DNA of 63,073 nucleotides, filler included, from Diploschistes diacapsis (taxonomy: Eukaryota): NCBI GenBank assembly GCA_023645945.1. It is 24 parts of 24 records of this genome, joined end to end, with 100 filler letters (N's around TTAATTAATTAA, not from the genome) between each part and the next. Parts side by side here need not be neighbours in the genome. Positions count along the whole stretch, not along the records: positions 51,491 to 52,559 come from JALAIB010004084.1; positions 52,660 to 53,728 come from JALAIB010004085.1; positions 53,829 to 54,897 come from JALAIB010004086.1; positions 54,998 to 56,066 come from JALAIB010004087.1; positions 56,167 to 57,235 come from JALAIB010004088.1; positions 57,336 to 58,404 come from JALAIB010004089.1; positions 58,505 to 59,572 come from JALAIB010004090.1; positions 59,673 to 60,740 come from JALAIB010004091.1; 16 more parts are not named here. The stretch is one strand, 5' to 3'. Shown here in pieces: positions 52,121-63,073 of the stretch. Numbering within the stretch: the first letter of the stretch is position 1; every line of letters begins with the position of its first letter. The notes beneath the pieces were generated by a model. That model was not told the origin of the DNA, searched no databases, and saw only the letters and a program-made list of their open reading frames with translations. The position numbers were made by a program, and so were the translations under genes.

Positions 52121-52559
52121 ACGTGTTTGACGGTGAGTCCGGTCACCCCTAGAATCCGGCCACCTCAAATCACTATTTTCATCTTATATTCGATTTTTCT
52201 TAATAATAACTACCTCGTATCGCAATAATTCGATTCTAATAAAATTTAATATCAACGATTATTTATAGGCCCTAAAATCATAACAATATATCAACATTCG
52301 AGAAACTATCCGCGCATTTAAAATATCTCGATCGACTATTATGGATCGACTCAATAAAGCTTAATCATGCTTTAATAACCACGAAACGACTTAAATTTTT
52401 TTAAATTTAAAAGTCACGATCGCGAATCTTTAATCTATCGGCAAATATTAAATATCGCGATTTCGTAAACGATTTTTTAAAATTATTAATATTTAAATAA
52501 AATAAATCAAGTTTAATAAATTTAATACGATAAATTACGAGATTATATAACGATAATTC
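52121..52559 (+). mobile_element. Fot1/pogo transposon 5' end: TIR and HTH_psq start
   Basis: TA|ACGTGTTTGACGG with repeated CCGGYCACC, then RIP'd NIRETIRAFKISRSTIMDRLN. Inverted copy at 56167-56810; related TIR at 58505-58556. Confidence 0.8.
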
Positions 52560-53178
52560 NNNNNNNNNNNNNNNNNNNNNNNNNNNNNNNNNNNNNNNNN
52601 NNNTTAATTAATTAANNNNNNNNNNNNNNNNNNNNNNNNNNNNNNNNNNNNNNNNNNNNCTTCAACAAGGCTAGAATAAAGTCTATAATAAATATATAGA
52701 ATAATCTGGCAGGCGATAAAATAAACTATAAATATCCATAAAACCGATACCTAAGCGTCCTATTTATCTGATAATAAAAACAGAATCGAATATATTTACG
52801 AAGTTTCTTCGTTAAATCCTAAATATAGAATTATTCTATCAATCTTTCATACGAACGCGCGTAACCTAAATATTTATTCGCATTATAAACTTATATAAAG
52901 AATTTCTATTCTAATATCGTCGATATATAAAATCGATACCCCGTTTCTAAATTATCGAAATAAAGAATTCCGTTTATTAGTTTAAAAAAAAGTCTTACGG
53001 TATCTTTTCTAAGTTCTTAATTCTCTTATACCTTCGTCAAAACTTTCTGTTATCTAAGTTCTTAATATTCAGCTTTAAGTAGATTTTTTAAACCTTACGA
53101 TATTCGTACGATTATAATTGGATAAGCCTTGACCTCGATGTTATTTTAAAGAACGTTTAATATTCTTTCGTTAAACTC

Positions 53179-53728
53179 TGTAACAGCGGGGGTAATACCT
53201 AATAGGATAACGTTATCCCACTAAGCTAAAAGATTAATACAATGCTTTTAAGAACCCCGAAGCACTGTTTTCTTATTATATTATATGTAGGTGCGTGGCT
53301 GTAGCAGTAGGGGGGCCTGAACCCTAAGGCGCACCTTTGGGCGTTATAATTATCTCCTTTTTCTATAGTGCTAACCTTTAGCACCTGTCACGTCTTATAT
53401 AACGCCCCGAGTATGTTGGATACTTTAAACCGTTTTTAACACCTACGTTATGGATTTAGAGGCGGGGTTATTTAATCGCATCTAAGACTAACCGTATATT
53501 TTATATAACGTTAATTCCGTAGGGTCGTACGTTCAACCGTAACGTAATAAATTCGACTATATAGATAATAAGCCTTATACTTAAACCAACGACCTAAGGA
53601 ATAAAAACATAATTATAATAACGGAGGTAATACTTAATAGGGTAGCGTTATCTTACTAAATTAAAAGATTAACACAATGCTTTCAGGAACCCCGAAGCAC
53701 TGTTTCCTTATTACACTATATGTAGGTG
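53179..53728 (-). mobile_element. TRIM-like element, second (truncated) copy
   Basis: 170-bp LTR 53179-53348, 265-bp internal region, second LTR from 53614 to the contig end. Colinear with 61098-61703. Confidence 0.85.
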
Positions 53729-55179
53729 NNNNNNNNNNNNNNNNNNNNNNNNNNNNNNNNNNNNNNNNNNNNTTAATTAATTAANNNNNNNNNNNNNNNN
53801 NNNNNNNNNNNNNNNNNNNNNNNNNNNNAAATAATACGGATTTAATTATCGATAACGATCGCTCGGTTATATTATTAATAATACTTATTCTTAAAAATAT
53901 TTAAGTATTATGATTTTTATCTATATAAAATATACACGAGTAAAATTAAGGTAAATTTAGTTTTTATTAAAAAAGGAATATGGCAGGAAAAGAAGATAAA
54001 ATAATTATAAGTTTTAAACTATCTTTAAAAAGAAAGTTCTAAAATGATAAAGGTAACGAATATAGATTGATCCTAAATAATAATTTAAGATGTTTATGAA
54101 AGTGAACACGTCCTGGACTCATGGAGGCCATGGCGACGTTCTTATATAATCCAGAACGACAGCCAATCGCCGACAATAAAGTTATCGTAATAGATCTATT
54201 ACCGATAAATAACTGTCCTGACAGATCTATCCCCGATAGATGTCTGTCCACGGAAGTCTGTTAGTTACGTGACTCCTGGTCCGTGGTTGGTCTATATACA
54301 AAGAATGGTTAGAAAATGCCGGACTAGCTGTTGCGTGCCAAGTACTACCGACTAGGACCTTGGATCGTAACAACGGTATCTTCGAGGTTTATCGTTTATA
54401 AGAATGAGCGCGATTATCGAGCGATGACGAAAGCTCGCTCGCCGCTTACGAGAATAAGCGCGAGTAATAAGCGCATCACGTAACCTCTGGTCCCGTAATT
54501 GATCTATATATAAAGCTAGGACGTGTTAAGTCTGATATTTAGATCGTAATATTATCTTTTTTTTTAATATTATCGGCCCGATGATTCGCCGAAAGGTCTA
54601 ATATAAATATTAAATAAAAAAAAATCTTAAATCGTAAAATAACGATATTTTTTTTAATTTTTCGTAATCGGTCCGTCGAACGAATTTAACTTTCTCGTTT
54701 TATCGCTCGTTATAAAATCCTTATTATTTCTTTTTATAAATATTATTCTTTTAACGATAAGTTTTATTTCGTTATGTTATTTAATTCTAAGATTTTAAAA
54801 TGTTCGAAATGTACACGCCGTGATCGTCCTTGCGTGGAAATGTCATAGGCTCGTTTAGAACGGATATAAAATATATTAAAGCGGTCTATATAAAAGGNNN
54901 NNNNNNNNNNNNNNNNNNNNNNNNNNNNNNNNNNNNNNNNNTTAATTAATTAANNNNNNNNNNNNNNNNNNNNNNNNNNNNNNNNNNNNNNNNNNNNAAG
55001 GTTTAATTTTTAGCTAAACCTGAATCTAAACTTTTGAAATTACGAAAATATTCTGATATAGATTACGGGGGAGATAAGGTAGACCGAAAGTTTACGTATA
55101 GACATATCTTTTAGTTATATGGTGGCCCAATATCATAAATAAGCAAGAAGTAAAGTTCAGTTTCCACCTCGACAACTAA

Positions 55180-55788
55180 AGCTGAATATATTAAATTATT
55201 ATATACCGCAAAGCAGGCCGTATGGTGCGTATAATTCTTAAAAGATATTAAATATTTAGAGCTTATAGAACCATTTTTATTTATTATTAAATTATTAAGA
55301 AATAATATGGGTTCTTTAGATCTAATAAAGCACGCGAAGATCAACGATAGGTTAAAATATATCGATATTGTTTATTATTATAACGAGACTTAGTTAAACG
55401 AGGCCGTATTAATATTATTTATATACTTATAGATAAGATAATTGCCGACGGATTAACGAAATTATTAAATTACGCTAAGCACGACATGTTCGTTAAAGGA
55501 TTTGGACTAATATAGAAGGCATCCAGCTGGATCAAGTAAACATGCCGATGGTTCCGCCCGTGGGGAAGTATTAAGCAGGTAGGTAGAATGCCTGGCTAGG
55601 AAGTTTAACTGAACTTTAGGTTCAGGTTCCGTTCAGTTAAATCTACTAAGGTTCCTGCTAATCCTAATCGGGAGTAGTGCAAGTCTGTAGGGCTTAGTGG
55701 ATCCTATTGGTATAAGAGCTTGAATGTAGATTATTCCTTCTTGTAAGACCTCAAGATATCTAGACTTCAATACATGCGTTGCCCAAAA
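55180..55788 (+). mobile_element. Ty1/copia RNase H, PPT and 3' LTR (55569-55788)
   Basis: KYIDIVYYY..DKIIADGLTK; TGGGGAAG PPT. Confidence 0.85.
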
Positions 55789-56166
55789 ATTTTAACAATT
55801 TCGACGTATTAATATCACTTACGATTCGCTTAAAAATATAGAAAAAAACGAAACAATCTTCAACTCGTTATAAGAATAATTCTTTTAATAGAAATCGAGA
55901 AAATACGCGATATTCAAGATTAAAAAAACTTTTTTATCGTTTACGAAAAAAAGGTTATCGCGATCGAAATATAAGTTCCGAATAATATCTTAATATATAT
56001 AATAACCTCGTAGGTGTATTCTGCTATACGTATTATAAAAAAAATATTACGCGAATAAATACTTTCNNNNNNNNNNNNNNNNNNNNNNNNNNNNNNNNNN
56101 NNNNNNNNNNTTAATTAATTAANNNNNNNNNNNNNNNNNNNNNNNNNNNNNNNNNNNNNNNNNNNN

Positions 56167-56810
56167 TATTAAAACCTAACTCGTTTATATTATAGATATA
56201 TTCGGGCGCGTATTATCCTTTATTATATTAAATTACCATTACATCGAACCACCGTTGTATAGCCTCGTAACTTATCGTATTAAATTTATTCGACTCGATT
56301 TATCTCGTCTAGATATTAGTAATTTTAAGAAATCGTTTGCGAAATCGCGATACCTAATTTTTGCCGATAGATTAAAGATTCGCGATCGTGACTTTTAGAT
56401 TCGAACCGAATTAAATTCTTTCGCGTCGAATTTCTTCGGCCATTTCCACCATTAACGTAGGCGATGTAGGAAAGCCAGTTTATGTAAGACGTGTAATCTA
56501 TCGTATTAATATCTTTTCTTCCGAATTTGAAAGGATTTAAATCGTTTCGTGGTTATTAGAGCGAGATTGAGTTTTATCGAGTCGATCCATAATGATCGAT
56601 CGAGATACTTTAAATACGCGGGCAGTCTCTCGAATGTTAATATATTATTATAATTTTAGGACCTATAAACATTCGTTGATATTAGATTTTATTAAAATCG
56701 AATTATTATTATACGAGATAGTTATTGTTGAGAAAGATCGAATGTAAGATGAAAATAGTGATTTGAGGTGGCCGGAATCTGGGGGTGGCCGGAATCCCCG
56801 TGAAACACGT
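56167..56810 (-). mobile_element. Fot1/pogo 5' end, inverted copy
   Basis: Ends AAACACGT|TA; homologous to 52121-52559. Confidence 0.8.
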
Positions 56811-58181
56811 TATAATAATATATTATTTAGATATTCGCGGAATTCTCGTAATTAGATCGTTAAAAGATTATATAATGCACCGTAAAATCATTCCGCGTTT
56901 ATTTTAATTATATGATTTTAAAGGCCGTTCGCTGGTAATTCGTTAAACAATCGTTCGTTAAATATATCTTCGTATTTTATAATAATTTTAATAATTTTGA
57001 TTAAATTGATACTTTTTATACGAACCGGCGGCGATTCGTTAACAGTATATTTATTATCCGTTTTATTGATTATTAGAATATATATTATAATATAATTTTT
57101 TATATTTTTCGCGAACTTTTTAAAGAAATATATTTAATATTTTTTTCGATTAAATTTAAAACGTTAAACTATTTCTTCGCAATTTAGTAACAGTTTTCCC
57201 GCCTTAAGGTTTAGTGTACTTATGATTATCGGATTNNNNNNNNNNNNNNNNNNNNNNNNNNNNNNNNNNNNNNNNNNNNTTAATTAATTAANNNNNNNNN
57301 NNNNNNNNNNNNNNNNNNNNNNNNNNNNNNNNNNNCTTTAGTTATTGCTCGGGATTAATTTATATTCGTCATTTCTATTTTTAGAAAACCTTTTTTTTAA
57401 AGATAGTCTAAGATCTGTAATTGTTCTACCTTTTTCTCCTGCTTGCACTCCTCTTCTAACAGAGACCAAACCCACCTTGATCTTACTTGTGTATACCTTG
57501 TATAGATAGAGATCATAACACCGAATCCTTCGAACAAACAAAACCGCTGATGTCTCTTATTTCCACTATTCCGTTTTTTACCGTTATATTATCATACCGT
57601 CCATTTCTCGTCGTTATAAAAGATGCGCTCGTCTTAAACGAAAAAACTATATATTGATATCCTAAAAAATTATAAATAAAATACGCGTTTAAACGGAATC
57701 CCGATTAAAATTAAAAAAGAAAAAAAAACGAAAACTCTTTTCTCAATTAATAAAATATAAGGCCCGGATATAGAAATTGCGAAAAATTCTTAAATTAACT
57801 AAAAAGAAATCTATAAAATAGGCGAGATACCTTACTGATCAACTGGATGAAAAAACAGAGGCGGTTGATAACCCGAACAACAGTCTAGTACTCACGGGCA
57901 ACCCGCAGGACCTATAATTATTAACGGCCATATCGCCGTCGCAAATAATCTAGAAGTTAAGAAATAATGCGCTGCCAATGGCGTAAAAAGAAGCCTTTAT
58001 TTCGTTAATTCCATAAAGTATTTGTAATACGCAAAAACCCAATAAGGCCTACCAGGGGGTATGCCAAGCATATATCAAGGCCCGCTAGCGTGTTCTTGTA
58101 TAAGAACAAAGTTTTCGTAAATAAAAGTAATTCTTTAAAAATTATTTCATTAATATATCTATCGTTTAATAAAGATCTAAC

Positions 58182-58404
58182 TAGGCTGGCCGTTTCGTGC
58201 CACGGTCACTGACACGGACACTACAGCAAAAATTTTCAAAACACGGACACTGACACGGACACGACAGCTAAAATTTTAAAACACGGACACTAACACGAAC
58301 ACTACATTACAGTAAAAACACAGACACGGACACTATAATTAAAAATTTTAAAACATTAATACTGACACGGATACTATATTTCCGTAAATCCACCGAAATA
58401 TTAT
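58182..58404 (+). mobile_element. ACACGG-array TIR element, left end
   Basis: TAGGCTGGCCGTTTCGTGCCACGG followed by ACACGG repeats. Confidence 0.78.
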
Positions 58405-59672
58405 NNNNNNNNNNNNNNNNNNNNNNNNNNNNNNNNNNNNNNNNNNNNTTAATTAATTAANNNNNNNNNNNNNNNNNNNNNNNNNNNNNNNNNNNNNNNN
58501 NNNNGCTTTGGGGGTGGCCGAGCTTTGGGGGTGGCCGAGCTGACCGTCAAACACGTTACAACGACGACGGTCGGATTATTTTATAACTTATATAAAAAAA
58601 AGAATGGAGTCTATTACTCGAGCAAGGTTATAAAAGGAAAATATACGTATAAGGCAATTACATACTTAATAGCTGAATCTAAATCAGCTAAATTAAACCA
58701 AGTTTAATTTAAACCTAAATTGAATCTAAAGATTTAGTCTAACAAGAACAGTTATCAGCTATAGCACGCATTTATGGCTAATATAAAACCTAAAAAGTTC
58801 TAGAACCTGTATAAAATTATAATTCTCGTTAATTCCATCCGCGTCGCAGTTCATACGTATAAAATATTTCAACTAATTAAAGCTAAGTAACATATTGGCC
58901 GTACGTTCGTTAAATATAAATAAAGCATTCTAGATCTAGTAAGTATCGATATCTAAAAACCGTTCTTAAGGTTATTTAACAATAACCAGTATTTTATGGA
59001 AATAGTAGATAATTGTAACAAGGACAAGGCTTGGTGGATGGATTGTATTGATAGAAGAGGATGGGCCCCTCCAAAAGACTATGGCCTCTTGGCCCAAGCA
59101 ACGCCAAGCCTATCTAATCCTATCAGGATCATATGCCGGTCCCGTGACAGTGCTTCTTTCTTAAAAAGCCATTGCTTCAATAGCTTCTATATTTTTACTT
59201 TTTAAAAGTATATTTATAACCATATGCAATCTAGAAAGCAACTCGATAACAACTTTCAAGCCAGCGCGCCATATTTATAATTCCGAAAAAACTAAAAGCC
59301 CATATAAACTTTTGATCATAAAAACCCAAAAACCAACGTTTAAAACATACTTAATAAGCCCTTTATAACAACTCCCGAAGCTGTTTTATATCTTAACTTT
59401 ATATTAATTAGCTTTAAAGCCGCCTATTACCGCCAAACATAGGCTTTTATTTATCTAACATCTTAAAGTCCTATCTTCTATCTTCCTATAATAATTCCTT
59501 CGCAGAACTTTTAAGTCCTTTTTAGATATTTACCTATTATAAAGCCTGCTGTTGTTCCTACCTCTATATGCGNNNNNNNNNNNNNNNNNNNNNNNNNNNN
59601 NNNNNNNNNNNNNNNNTTAATTAATTAANNNNNNNNNNNNNNNNNNNNNNNNNNNNNNNNNNNNNNNNNNNN

Positions 59673-60209
59673 GCTATAATATGCCGATATTAATATTAGT
59701 TTTTATTATATTTATCGCTATATTTTCGGCTATTTTTTTATAAATACGAAATCACGGTTATTACATCGTAATATATTCACGAACACGAATATCGTAATTA
59801 AATATTTCTTAATACGAACACTGACACGGATATTATATTATAATAAAAACACGAACACGGATTCCGTATTAAAATTTTCTCAGCACGGACATTAACACGG
59901 ATATTACATTATAATAAAAACACGGATACGGATACCGTAACTAAAATTTTCTCGACACGAACACTAACACGGATATTATATTATAATAAAAACACGGACA
60001 CGGATACCGCAATTAAAATTTTCTCGACACGGACACTAACACGGATACTACAATATAACTTTTCTCGGCACGGATACTGACACGGACATTATACTGTAAT
60101 AAATCCACTAACACGGATACTACGTCTAATAATTTTAAAACACGGATACTGTCACGGCCGTATCCGTGCCACGAACACGGCCGTGTCAATATCCGTAACG
60201 GCCAGCCTA
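59673..60209 (+). mobile_element. ACACGG-array TIR element, right end
   Basis: ~63-bp higher-order repeats of ACACGG ending CGGCCAGCCTA. Another right end lies at 60841-61067. Confidence 0.78.
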
Positions 60210-61097
60210 TTAGTAATATCTTTAATCGTTTTGATATATTGATATTACCGGTATCAATTAATAGGTTAAGATAGTTATCGATTAGTCTTTATAGTTCTAT
60301 TATTTCATATTCGTGTCCGTATGTTATAATTCCGTTATTTAGTTTTGATTTAAGCTTTTTCGGATCGGTCGAGATGGCTTTAAGTTCGAGTTGTATGAGG
60401 AAACATCTCGTTAAATCCCCGAAACTAATATCGGCGTTATAAATACCGCTACCGTCGTAATCGATAATTAAATTTAATTAAACATAATTCGATAAGATAT
60501 ATGTAATATTCGTATCGTTTCGTATTAATACCGCGTTGGTATTATAATCGATCACGTATACGTATATCGAAAGATATCGCTGTTATTTAGGTTAAAATAA
60601 AAAATCTCGATCCTATAATAACGCTAAAGGTACATCCTTTAAACCAATAATAAACATTGATATAACCGTTTTAAGAAATATCGTTAAAGTATTTTCGATA
60701 AATACCGTAATCCTAATTTTTTTATCGTTATAATCGAGATNNNNNNNNNNNNNNNNNNNNNNNNNNNNNNNNNNNNNNNNNNNNTTAATTAATTAANNNN
60801 NNNNNNNNNNNNNNNNNNNNNNNNNNNNNNNNNNNNNNNNGATACGGATACCGTAATAAAAAAATATTCGACACGGATGTTAACACGGATACTATATTAT
60901 AATAAAAACACGGACACGGACATTATAATAAAAAATTTAAAATATTAATATTAACACGGATACTGCATTTCCGTGAATCCACGGACACGGACACCGCAGC
61001 TAAAAAATCTAAAACACGGACACTGACACTGTCAGTATCCGTGTCAGTGTCAGTATCGGCCAGCCTAATTATATTTATTATAACGTCGTACGCGTAA

Positions 61098-61703
61098 TGT
61101 AACAGCGGGGGTAGTGCCTAATAGGGTAGCGCTATCCCACTGAGCCAAAAGATTAACATAATGCTTTCAGGAACCCCGAAGCACTGTTTCTCTATTACAT
61201 TATATGTAGGTGCATGGCTGTGGTAGCAGGGGGACCTGAACCCCAGAGCGTATTTTTGGGCGTTATAGCTATTTCTCTTTTCTATAGTGCTGGTTTTTAG
61301 CACCTGTTACGTCTCATATAACGCTCCGAGTATGTTAGATATCTTAAGCCGTTTCTAACATTTACGTTATGGATTTAAAGACGGGGTTACCCAGCCGCAT
61401 TTAAGATTAACCGCATGTTCTTATATAACGTTAACCCCGCAGGGTCGCACGCTTAACCGTAACGTAATAAATTCGACTGTATAAGTAATAAGCCTTATGC
61501 TCGAATCAACGACTTAAGGAATAAAAGTATAATTATAACAGCGGGGGTAATGCCTAATAAAGTAATGCTATCCTATTAAGCCAAAAGACTAACATAATGC
61601 TTTCAGGAACCCCGAAGCACTGTTTCCCTATTACACTATATGTAGGTGCGTGGCTGTGGCAGCAGGGGGACCTGAACCCCAGGGCGCACCTTTGGGCGTT
61701 ACA
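61098..61703 (-). mobile_element. Complete 606-bp TRIM-like non-autonomous LTR element
   Basis: 170-bp direct repeats 61098-61267 and 61534-61703 (TGTAAC..GTTACA). 266-bp non-coding interior with a purine tract next to one LTR on the minus strand. Flanks GTAA/ATAA. Confidence 0.85.
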
Positions 61704-62548
61704 ATAAGAATCTATAAAGAAGCTCACGAGAAACTATAAATAAAGCTGCTACGAACCAATAATACCATTAATAGAGCTAACAAGCTGTAAGGGAAGCAAT
61801 TTACGCTATTAGCGTACCCGAGTAAGGTACACGGTTCTTTAAAAACCTATATAAAGTTAATAAATGTTTTAATTACGTTAATAAATAAGAACGTAGAATT
61901 GATATAANNNNNNNNNNNNNNNNNNNNNNNNNNNNNNNNNNNNNNNNNNNNTTAATTAATTAANNNNNNNNNNNNNNNNNNNNNNNNNNNNNNNNNNNNN
62001 NNNNNNNCTTTTTAAGAACTGAAACTATTTAAAAATTATAAAAAAAACGATAATATAATATTTATCCGAAAGCCACCGGGACGTTCAACGAACGATTTAA
62101 TATTTAATATTAAAAATATCAACGCGGGTCAATTACTTATATTAAAAACGCATCAATTACGTACGCCAAAAACGTATTAACGATAAAAATAAAGGTTTAG
62201 CTAAATTATACTAAATTTATACTATTTATTCCTACCGAGGATCATAATACCCTAAAAACCCCTACTTCCGCTCCATATAATCAACCCGAGCCAAATAATG
62301 GTAACCGACGGTCAATAAAGAAGTTCTTACGGGTTAAGGTTCTAAAAAGAAGAATTAAACCTGAACCCGAACTTATACCTAAATCTACTAAACCGAATAT
62401 ACTAAAACTTATTACGTCAATAACGAACGTTATACACGTTATTAATAACCCGATTACGCATATAGCACCCGTTAACACCACGTTAATAACGTTTAATATA
62501 CAAGATTCTTAAATAATAGACGATATAAACGACGCTTTAATAATTATA

Positions 62549-63002
62549 TGTTACGATCCAAGTGACTAGGTGGTAGCCACTTGGTACTTCACAGCTGATC
62601 GGGCCTAACCCAACCACTCCTTGTATATAGTCCAATCATGGTGACACTGGTCACGTGATGAATAAAAAGCCTTAAATGTTATTCTACCTTCTGTAAGTAG
62701 AACGGGAGAACAGTAATTCTATCTATTTATTAATTTATTTTATTAAAAAATAATTAGTTATATAAGAACGTCGTTATAATTCTTATAAATCCTGATATAT
62801 TTATTTAATAAATATTTTTAATTATTGTTCGGGATTAATTTATATTCGTTATTTCTATCATTAGAAAGCCTTCTTTCTAAAAACAATCTGAGACCTATGA
62901 CTGCTCTACCTTCTTCTCCTGCTTGCACTCCTCTTCTAAACGAGACCAAACCCACCTTAATCAATACCTCGTGTCTACATTGTAGAGATAGAGATCATAA
63001 CA
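62549..63002 (+). mobile_element. LTR family B, full length
   Basis: TGTTACGATCC..GATCATAACA; contains AATAAA. No TSD match. Confidence 0.8.
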
Positions 63003-63073
63003 CTTTTATCTTTCGAATATAACGGAATAGTTCTTTTAAAGTATATAAATGATAGATATATAGATTAGTTATG

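Overview
Filamentous ascomycete (Pezizomycotina) DNA, not a continuous locus. It is 23 contigs joined by 100-nt artificial spacers (N44-TTAATTAATTAA-N44): two of about 18.6 kb (1-18619, 28095-46709) and 21 of about 1.07 kb, so adjacency across spacers means nothing. The long contigs carry a PHD+MYST acetyltransferase (SAS3-like) head-to-head with complex I subunit NDUFA1/MWFE (4-nt microexon), a secreted GH92 alpha-mannosidase, an integral membrane protein, a Ran1/Pat1-like kinase, a decayed P450 and other relics. Two short contigs hold fragments of BET4 and DLD1. The other short contigs are heavily RIP-mutated, nested transposon debris (Ty1/copia, Gypsy/chromovirus, Fot1/pogo, a hAT-like element). 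The best candidates for undescribed biology are: (1) a 194-bp tandem exon-intron cassette array whose introns each hold a compact C/D-box snoRNA-like unit with diverging guides (28225-28860); (2) a 606-bp TRIM-like miniature LTR element in two copies; (3) a copia subfamily whose LTRs end in AA instead of CA; (4) a TIR element built from ACACGG arrays; (5) a 107-bp hairpin MITE. All family assignments come from recalled motifs; no database searches were run.
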